From Candidatus Eiseniibacteriota bacterium (GTDB lineage: Bacteria > ARS69): 10,866 bases of DNA. This document shows positions 4,827-10,866 of this stretch, in pieces. The notes under the pieces are model-generated. The model saw only the letters and a program-made list of their open reading frames with translations. It did no database searches and was not told the origin of the DNA. The stretch covers positions 1-10,866 of the forward strand of contig JBQTGV010000004.1 in NCBI GenBank assembly GCA_052390515.1, written 5' to 3'. The position numbers and the translations under genes were made by a program. The stretch's first letter is position 1; every line of letters begins with the position of its first letter.

Positions 4827-7637
4827 ATGAGCGGCCCCTCCTCCTGGGATCGTCTGCGGGCCATCTTCGAATCCGCACTTCCCCTGGCGAACGGCGAGCG
4901 GCGCGCCTATCTGGACGAGGCATGCGCCGGCGATGAGAGCCTTCGCTCTCAGGTCGAGGCTCTTCTCTCCGCGAACGAAGCCGTCGGCCCCGGACAGTCG
5001 CGTCCGACTCGGCTCTCCACGCTTCCCGCCGGCCCCGTGCAGGATTCGGGGACCGTGGGTCCCTACCGGATCCTGGAGCGGATCGGAGAAGGCGGGTTCG
5101 GTGTGGTCTTCGTCGCGGAGCAGTCCGCGCCCATCCGTCGCCGCGTGGCGCTGAAGGTGATCCGAGCCGACGCCTCCTCCGGTCAGGTGCTCGCCAGGTT
5201 CGAGGCGGAGCGTCAGGCGCTCGCGCTGATGGACCATCCCAACATCGCGGTGGTGTACGACGCGGGCGCCACGGAGGGCGGGCAGCCGTACATCGCCATG
5301 GAGTACGTCGCCGGCCTCCCGATCACGCGACACGCCGACGAAGCGAAGTCGGCCGTGGACGAGCGGCTTGCGCTGTTCCGCCAGCTTTGCGACGGAGTGC
5401 AGCACGCTCACCAGAAGGGGATCATCCACCGGGACCTCAAGCCGTCGAACGTGCTGGTGACGCGCGTGGACGGACGACCTCTGGTGAAAGTGATCGACTT
5501 CGGGGTAGCGAAGGCCCTGGGAGCGCGGCTCACCGAGGAGACGCTGCACACGATGCGCGGCGTCGCGGTGGGCACACCGGAGTACATGAGCCCCGAGCAG
5601 GCCAGCGCGTCCCCCGGAGGAGTGGACACGAGATCCGACGTCTACTCGCTCGGCGTGATGTTGTACGAGCTGCTCGTCGGCGCTCTGCCCTTCGATCGGG
5701 AGTCCACGAGCGGCGAGCTTTTCGAGATGCTGCGCGAAATCCGCGAGAAGCGGCCCGCCCGGCTGACGGTCCGTCTCCGTGAGCTGGGTGATTCCGGCGC
5801 TCGGGTGGCGGGGCTGCGGCAGACGGACTTGTCCTCGCTGCGGCGCCGTCTCCAGGGAGACCTGGAGTGGATCACGCTCAAGGCGCTGGAGAAGGACCCG
5901 GACCGCCGGTACCCGACGGCGGCGGCGCTCGGTGAGGACGTCGGCCGGCTCCTGGGGAACCATCCGATCCTCGCCCGGCCGCCGAGCACCGCGTACCACC
6001 TGCGCAAGCTCGTGGCCCGGCACAAGGCGATCACGGCGCTCACCGGCGTGCTGGCGCTGCTCGTGGTGGCATTCGGCGTCACCATGGCCGTGATGTTCGG
6101 CCGCCAGCGCGTGGAACGTCTGAGAGCCGAGCGGGTCAGCTCCTTCCTCGAGCAGATGCTGGCCTCCGCGGATCCGACGATCGCGCGCGGAGAGGGGCTG
6201 CTCGTCCGGGACATCCTGGACGACGCGGCCGCGAAGGTGGAGGCGGAGCTGGGTGACGAGCCCGGCGTACAGGCTCCGCTCCAGCTGACGCTGGCGCGGA
6301 CCTACATGAACCTGGGTCTCTACGCCGACGCCGAGAGCCTGGCCCGGAAGGCGGTGGCCACGCTGGATCTCGCCCAGGGCGGTCGCCCCACCTCCTTGCT
6401 GGCCGAGGCTCGGGGCCTGCTGAGCGAGGTGCTCTTGCACCAGGGGAGCTACGACGAGGCGGAAGCCGTCGGGCGAAGCGCCCTCTCCGACATGGAGGCG
6501 ACCGTCGATCCGAGGGATCCGGCGATCGTCGAGAGCGTCACGCGGCTCGGCAAGGCGCTGCAGCGAACGGGGAAGTACGACGAGGCGGAGCAGATGCTCC
6601 GGCGCGCCTCGACGAGCTTGCGGGAGTCGGGTCGCCACGAGACGCAGGAGCATGCCAGCATCCTCATCGCGCTCGGAACCGTGCTGAAAGCCCTCGGCCG
6701 GTTCCCGGAGAGCGAGGAGACCCTGCGCGAGGCCCTCGGTGTCCAGCGCCGGGTTCTCGCCGAGGACGATGCCGACGTCACCTCGTCCATGAACGAGCTG
6801 GCCGTCGTGCTGCGCCAGCAGGGGAAGTTCGACGAAGCGGAGTCCCTGTACCGCGAAGCTCTGGCCATCGACGAGCGGATCTTCGGGCGCGAGCATCCCC
6901 TCACTGCGCAGCTCATGTCCAACCTGGGCGTGCTTCTCAAGTCGCTGAGGCGGTACGACGAGGCGGAGAGTCTGTACACGGAGGCGCTGCGCATCCGGAG
7001 GAAGACGCTCGGCGAAACGCATCCCGGCGTGGCCACGATGCTGAACAACCTGAGCGCCCTGTACCACGAGCAGGGCAGGTCCGAGGATTCGGAGCGAGCC
7101 GCCCGCCAGAGCCTGGAGATCCAGCGGACGGTCCACGGGGAGGAGCACCCCGACGTCGCGTTGGCCCTGTTCGCTCTCGCCGGGGCGGTCAGCGAGGCCG
7201 GCCGCCCGGGCGAAGCCGCGGCACTCGCGCGCGAGTCCCTGGCGATGCGCCGGAAGCTGCTGGGTGAGCAGCACCCGGACGTCGCCGCCTCCGCGAATCG
7301 GCTGGGATCGATCCTGATGGACGAGGGGCAGTGGGCCGACGCGGAGCCATTGCTCCGGTCGGCGCTCGCGATCCGACGGGCGAGTTACCCCCCCGGAGAT
7401 TGGCGGACCGCCCTGACCGGGACGCTTCTCGGGGAGTGTCTCCTCGTGCGGGGAGAGCACCTCGCGGCGGAGTCCCTTCTCTCGGAGAACGCCCCGATCG
7501 TGATCGAGTCCGCATCGATGACCGAGCTCACCAAGAAGAGGACCCTGCGGGTGATGGCGGCACTGCACGACTCGCTGGGTCGTCCCGCCGAAGCGGCGGA
7601 CTGGCGGGCGAAGCTCGCCGGCCTCTCGCCGGAGTAG
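4827..7637 (+). CDS. Hanks-type Ser/Thr protein kinase with a transmembrane helix and C-terminal TPR repeats (936 aa)
   Basis: Intact motifs GEGGFGVV, VALK, RFEAERQAL, HRDLKPSN, DFG, GTPEYMSPE, DVYSLG. Hydrophobic helix AITALTGVLALLVVAFGVTMAVMF (~6027-6098). About 10-11 ~42-aa TPR units (G.YDEAE.L.R.AL...G..HP..A..MNNL). ATG 4827 is preferred over GTG 4809. Confidence 0.96.
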   Translation: MSGPSSWDRLRAIFESALPLANGERRAYLDEACAGDESLRSQVEALLSANEAVGPGQSRPTRLSTLPAGPVQDSGTVGPYRILERIGEGGFGVVFVAEQSAPIRRRVALKVIRADASSGQVLARFEAERQALALMDHPNIAVVYDAGATEGGQPYIAMEYVAGLPITRHADEAKSAVDERLALFRQLCDGVQHAHQKGIIHRDLKPSNVLVTRVDGRPLVKVIDFGVAKALGARLTEETLHTMRGVAVGTPEYMSPEQASASPGGVDTRSDVYSLGVMLYELLVGALPFDRESTSGELFEMLREIREKRPARLTVRLRELGDSGARVAGLRQTDLSSLRRRLQGDLEWITLKALEKDPDRRYPTAAALGEDVGRLLGNHPILARPPSTAYHLRKLVARHKAITALTGVLALLVVAFGVTMAVMFGRQRVERLRAERVSSFLEQMLASADPTIARGEGLLVRDILDDAAAKVEAELGDEPGVQAPLQLTLARTYMNLGLYADAESLARKAVATLDLAQGGRPTSLLAEARGLLSEVLLHQGSYDEAEAVGRSALSDMEATVDPRDPAIVESVTRLGKALQRTGKYDEAEQMLRRASTSLRESGRHETQEHASILIALGTVLKALGRFPESEETLREALGVQRRVLAEDDADVTSSMNELAVVLRQQGKFDEAESLYREALAIDERIFGREHPLTAQLMSNLGVLLKSLRRYDEAESLYTEALRIRRKTLGETHPGVATMLNNLSALYHEQGRSEDSERAARQSLEIQRTVHGEEHPDVALALFALAGAVSEAGRPGEAAALARESLAMRRKLLGEQHPDVAASANRLGSILMDEGQWADAEPLLRSALAIRRASYPPGDWRTALTGTLLGECLLVRGEHLAAESLLSENAPIVIESASMTELTKKRTLRVMAALHDSLGRPAEAADWRAKLAGLSPE
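6280..7630 (+). repeat. TPR repeat array (kinesin-light-chain-like 42-aa units) in the kinase C-terminal half
   Basis: Recurrent GLYADAE, GSYDEAE, GKYDEAE, GRFPESE, GKFDEAE, RRYDEAE, GRSEDSE, GRPGEAA, GQWADAE, GEHLAAE at about 126-nt spacing. Confidence 0.9.
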
Positions 7638-7649
7638 TTCGCCGCCGCG

Positions 7650-7658
7650 TGCTAGACT
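7650..7658 (+). promoter_or_regulatory. Extended -10 element (TGcTAGACT) for a leaderless or very short-leader coaX transcript
   Basis: cgTGcTAGACTcccgcgcgATG(7667), with no SD. It is 10/11 identical to the element upstream of the sigma gene (CGTGCTAGGCT). Confidence 0.55.
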
Positions 7659-7666
7659 CCCGCGCG

Positions 7667-8437
7667 ATGCTGCTCACCGCCGACATCGGTAACACGAACA
7701 CGGTTCTCGGAGTCTTCGACGACGCCGGCACGTCGCTCTCGACGCTGCGCATCGGCACGCGCCGAGACGCCACCGTCGGGGAAGTGTCGCAGGCCGTCGC
7801 GCACCTCTGCCGCCGCATCGACGGCGGTGAAGCGGGCATCGCCCGTACGGTGCTCTGCTCCGTCGTTCCCAGCCTGACGCGGACTTGGGAGCAGTACGTC
7901 GGGGACGAGCTGCGACACCCGCCCGTCATCGTTTCGGCGGAGCTCGATCTCGGCATCCCGGTAGCCGTGGACGATCCGCGCGAAGTCGGCGCCGACCGCA
8001 TCGTCAACGCTCTGGCCGCCCGGGAGATGGTCGGCTTCCCGGCCATCGTGGTGGATCTCGGCACCGCCACCAACTTCGACGTCCTGGATCCGAAGGGCCG
8101 CTACGTCGGCGGGATCATCGCCCCCGGCGTGGAGACGGCATCCGACGACCTCTTCCGGCGCGCGGCCCGCCTCACCAAGGTGGACCTCGTCTTCCCGGAC
8201 CGGGTCATCGGCGCGAACACGCGGGATTGCCTCCGCTCGGGCATCTTGAACGGGGCCGTCGGGATGATCGACTCGTTGGTCGAGGCCATCCGCGCGGAGA
8301 TGGGGGCGAAGGCGCCAGCCATCGCCACGGGGGGTCTGGCGCCCCTGATCGGACCGCGCTGCCGTACCGTGGACAGGGTGGACGTGGGGCTGACGCTGGC
8401 CGGGCTGCTCGCCGTGGACCGCTACCTTCGCAAATAG
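7667..8437 (+). CDS. coaX: Type III pantothenate kinase (256 aa)
   Basis: Start MLLTADIGNTNTVLG. Motifs CSVVP, EVGADRIVN, IVVDLGTATNFD, YVGGIIAPG, IGANTRDCLRSG, IATGGLA, LTLAGL match CoaX. Confidence 0.95.
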   Translation: MLLTADIGNTNTVLGVFDDAGTSLSTLRIGTRRDATVGEVSQAVAHLCRRIDGGEAGIARTVLCSVVPSLTRTWEQYVGDELRHPPVIVSAELDLGIPVAVDDPREVGADRIVNALAAREMVGFPAIVVDLGTATNFDVLDPKGRYVGGIIAPGVETASDDLFRRAARLTKVDLVFPDRVIGANTRDCLRSGILNGAVGMIDSLVEAIRAEMGAKAPAIATGGLAPLIGPRCRTVDRVDVGLTLAGLLAVDRYLRK

Positions 8438-8452
8438 TTACGAGTTTTCCCA

Positions 8453-8481
8453 TTGACTCGGGACGGCGCCGTCCAGAAGAT
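8453..8481 (+). promoter_or_regulatory. Candidate sigma70 promoter TTGACT-N17-GAAGAT, with a perfect 14-bp palindrome in the spacer
   Basis: TTGACT at 8453-8458, GAAGAT at 8476-8481 (weak -10), and GGACGGCGCCGTCC at 8461-8474. The intergenic region is relatively AT-rich. Confidence 0.4.
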
Positions 8482-8526
8482 CGGTTCGTTCCGGGAGCAG
8501 CGGGTCCACTCCTTCAGGGGTATTCT

Positions 8527-9432
8527 ATGAATCGTCACGTCTTGCGTGGCGTGTTCGGTCTGACCGTGGCCGGGTTCCTGGCCGTGGCGCCGGCCCACGC
8601 GCAGCTCGAGGACAACCTCTCGTCGCTCAGCACGGAGCAGGTCCAGGGGTACCTCGGGCCCCTCGTCTCCGGGCTCAATACATCCCTCAACTCCGGCATC
8701 TTCAAGAGCGGCCACGTGCCGACCACGGGCTTCAACCTCACCGTGGACCTCAAGGCCGCCTACATGAGCTTCTCCGACGAGGACCGCGTGTTCACGACGC
8801 CGGAGATTCCCGGGTACGCCTCCACGGAGGCGCCCACCGTGATCGGCGACGAGCAGGCCGTCGCCGTCGACCACGAGACGCTCGGCTCGTCCGCGCAGTT
8901 CGTCTATCCCGGCGGGTTCGACATGGGCCACTTCGGCGTGGCCGTGCCGCAGGTCACCATCGGCAGCATCCTCGGCACGCGAGCCATGTTCCGCTACATC
9001 TCCCTTTCCCTGGGCGATGAGGACGAGGACCTCGGCGACTTCGAGATGCTGGGCATCGGCGGGCAGCACAGCGTTTCGCAGTACCTGCCAGGCATCCCGG
9101 TGGACCTGGCCGTGGGCGCGATGTGGCAGTCCTTCAAGATCGGCGACGGGATCGTCGACGCGTCCGCGTTCGCGGTCAACGTCACCGGGAGCAAGAGGTT
9201 CGGCGCGGTCGTGAGCATCGAGCCGTACGTCGGCGTCGGGCTCGACTCGTTCGCCATGGACGCCGAGTACGAGACGACGAACGGCGAGACGTTCACCGCG
9301 GAGTTCGAGCGGGAGAACACGGGCCACCTCACGCTCGGCATGGGAATCAACCTGCCGGTGATCAAGATCCACGGCGAGTTCGACATCGCGGCCCAGACCG
9401 GCTTCGCCGGCGGCCTGAGCTTCGGGATCTAG
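8527..9432 (+). CDS. Putative outer-membrane beta-barrel protein, DUF6588-like (301 aa)
   Basis: ATG 8527 after AGGGG. Sec signal ending AHA|Q. The N-terminal GYLGPLVSGLNTSLNSGIFKSG resembles DUF6588 proteins (from memory, not searched). Alternating strands with aromatics (GIGGQHSVSQY, IEPYVGVGLD, HLTLGMGINL, IKIHGEFDI) and the terminus GGLSFGI. Confidence 0.75.
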   Translation: MNRHVLRGVFGLTVAGFLAVAPAHAQLEDNLSSLSTEQVQGYLGPLVSGLNTSLNSGIFKSGHVPTTGFNLTVDLKAAYMSFSDEDRVFTTPEIPGYASTEAPTVIGDEQAVAVDHETLGSSAQFVYPGGFDMGHFGVAVPQVTIGSILGTRAMFRYISLSLGDEDEDLGDFEMLGIGGQHSVSQYLPGIPVDLAVGAMWQSFKIGDGIVDASAFAVNVTGSKRFGAVVSIEPYVGVGLDSFAMDAEYETTNGETFTAEFERENTGHLTLGMGINLPVIKIHGEFDIAAQTGFAGGLSFGI

Positions 9433-9443
9433 GGGGAGACGAC

Positions 9444-10139
9444 ATGAGAACCAGAAACAGCCTGCAAGCCGTCGCCCTCGTCCTCGCCGCGCTGCCGCTC
9501 CTCGGCGGGCCGTGCGTGGAAGAGAAGGTGATCGAGCTGGTGATCGGCTTCCCCACCACGGTGCGGATCGAAGCATCGGGGAGCCAGAACGTGATCAACT
9601 TCCAGTCCGCGGACATCGACCTGAAAGCGGACATGGACATCGAGGGGGCGTTGGACGACGCCGGGATCGACGTGAACGATGTCGGCACCGATGCGGCGAC
9701 GCAGACGGCCGACGTCAAGGTTTCGCAGATCTTCTACCGGGTGATCCAGCCCGACGCGGTGGCGAACCGCCAAATCACGAACGCGTCGCTTCGCGTGGCG
9801 CGGCTCGACGCGGCGGGAGTCCCGATCCCGGGCGGCGACCAGGTCCTGGTCACCGGCTGGAGCAATCCCGCGGGCGTCGGCAACGTCGCCGATCCGACGG
9901 CTTGGATCGACATCACGAACATCATCGGTGTCGGCGGACTGAACCTGCTCAACACCTACATGTACGACCTGATCGTGTGCCTTCAGACCGGGACGCCGAT
10001 CACGAACCCGAACATCCGCTACCAGTACAGCGGAACGTCGTCTCCGACCGGACAGGCCACGCTGTTCGAGTACGAGATCAAGATCGTCTTCCAGGGGATC
10101 ATCCCGCAGACCTTCGACGTGCCGTTCGGCAACAGCTAG
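9444..10139 (+). CDS. Hypothetical exported protein, probable lipoprotein (231 aa)
   Basis: ATG 9444 with SD GGGGGAG, 11 nt after the upstream stop. MRTRNSLQAVALVLAALPLLGGPC has a basic n-region, a hydrophobic h-region and Cys24. The mature region is beta-rich and acidic. Confidence 0.75.
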   Translation: MRTRNSLQAVALVLAALPLLGGPCVEEKVIELVIGFPTTVRIEASGSQNVINFQSADIDLKADMDIEGALDDAGIDVNDVGTDAATQTADVKVSQIFYRVIQPDAVANRQITNASLRVARLDAAGVPIPGGDQVLVTGWSNPAGVGNVADPTAWIDITNIIGVGGLNLLNTYMYDLIVCLQTGTPITNPNIRYQYSGTSSPTGQATLFEYEIKIVFQGIIPQTFDVPFGNS

Positions 10140-10165
10140 ACGTCCGCCAGAACGGGCTCGGCCGG

Positions 10166-10201
10166 CGGCCGGCGGGGGAGACCTCGCCGGCCGTTTCGAT
10201 T
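10166..10201 (+). terminator. Rho-independent terminator after the barrel/lipoprotein pair
   Basis: A 12-bp stem CGGCCGGCGGGG/CCTCGCCGGCCG (one G-U pair) closed by a GAGA (GNRA) tetraloop and followed by TTTCGATT. Confidence 0.7.
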
Positions 10202-10280
10202 CCGGGGAGGGCCGGAACGAGGCACCCTCGCCGGCCGTTGCGCGTCCGGGGGCGGGGCCGCAGGCGGGCACTCGTCGGCC

Positions 10281-10309
10281 TTGACACGCCCCGGCTCCGC
10301 CGGTACCTT
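10281..10309 (+). promoter_or_regulatory. Sigma70-type promoter of groES-groEL
   Basis: Perfect TTGACA (10281-10286), a 17-nt spacer and TACCTT (10304-10309), just upstream of CIRCE. Confidence 0.85.
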
Positions 10310-10327
10310 GCGCCCGACTCCGCCCTG

Positions 10328-10354
10328 TTAGCACTCTCGGTGGATTAGTGCCAG
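10328..10354 (+). promoter_or_regulatory. CIRCE element (HrcA operator)
   Basis: TTAGCACTC-tcggtggat-TAGTGCCAG versus the consensus TTAGCACTC-N9-GAGTGCTAA: perfect left arm, 6/9 right arm, correct spacer, and located between the promoter and groES. Confidence 0.88.
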
Positions 10355-10396
10355 ATCGACGGCCCGCCCGAGGGCGGCGCCTGGGAGGGAGACGCC

Positions 10397-10681
10397 ATGA
10401 ACATCAAGCCGCTGGGGGACCGCGTGCTGGTCGAGGCCCTCGACGCCAAGGAAGTTTCGAAGAGCGGAATCATCATTCCGGACACCGCGAAGGAGCGCCC
10501 TCAGGAGGGCAAAGTCATCGCCGTGGGACCGGGCCGGGTCGGAGAGGACGGGAAGCGGATCGCGCCCGAGGTGAAGAAGGGCGACACCGTGCTCTACGGC
10601 AAGTACTCCGGCACGGAAGTGAACGTCGGCGAGAAGGAGTACCTGATCCTGCGCGAGACCGACATCCTCGCGGTCCTCTGA
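10397..10681 (+). CDS. groES: Co-chaperonin GroES (94 aa)
   Basis: [13 protein letters not shown]...[24 protein letters not shown]...[17 protein letters not shown]...[13 protein letters not shown], with SD GGGAGGGA. Confidence 0.99.
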   Translation: MNIKPLGDRVLVEALDAKEVSKSGIIIPDTAKERPQEGKVIAVGPGRVGEDGKRIAPEVKKGDTVLYGKYSGTEVNVGEKEYLILRETDILAVL

Positions 10682-10713
10682 CCGCGCACGCATTCCGAAT
10701 CGGGAGGTCATGA

Positions 10714-10866
<153 letters not shown>

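Noticed and set aside
4143-7568. 1141-aa ORF antisense to the kinase and the small exported gene
   Set aside because: It mirrors genes with clear motifs. High GC and codon bias suppress antisense stops, and the translation has no recognisable domain, so it is a shadow ORF.
6280-7630. Recurring DNA words such as TACGACGAGGCGGA considered as a CRISPR-like array
   Set aside because: They are in frame, degenerate and spaced by multiples of ~126 nt, so they encode TPR protein repeats. No cas genes are present.
7667-8437. coaX as a functional part of the sigma-kinase module
   Set aside because: It has its own extended -10 candidate, lacks the ECF motif and is a housekeeping enzyme. Adjacency alone is not evidence.
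7331-9443. Upstream extensions of coaX (from 7331), the barrel gene (from 7885) and the lipoprotein-like gene (from 9123)
   Set aside because: Each overlaps the preceding real gene. The family N-terminus or signal peptide begins at 7667, 8527 and 9444 respectively.
8422-10348. Alternative-frame and antisense ORFs of 384, 301 and 278 aa over the barrel/lipoprotein genes
   Set aside because: These are Arg/Gly-rich shadow ORFs without signals or domains.

Overview
GC-rich bacterial window, probably from a diderm FCB-related lineage; this is inferred from the FlgD-Ig/T9SS-like C-terminal domain and not confirmed. The left 7.6 kb is a compact signalling module. It has a TIGR02999/ECF43-like sigma factor (3597-4133, -) and a membrane Ser/Thr kinase with extracytoplasmic TPRs (4827-7637, +). 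It also has two predicted exported proteins: a 1108-aa LVIVD-repeat protein (182-3508, -) and a 175-aa helical protein (4227-4754, +). The two exported-protein genes are preceded by the same 39-bp motif (31/39 identical, no gaps, GTCC-N18-CGCAT), probably the sigma's target promoter. The sigma, kinase and coaX genes look leaderless or nearly so (a -10 hexamer 6-8 nt before ATG, no SD). The right part holds coaX, a putative outer-membrane barrel plus lipoprotein-like pair with a terminator, and a sigma70 promoter with CIRCE driving groES and the start of groEL. No RNA genes, CRISPR arrays or mobile elements were seen.
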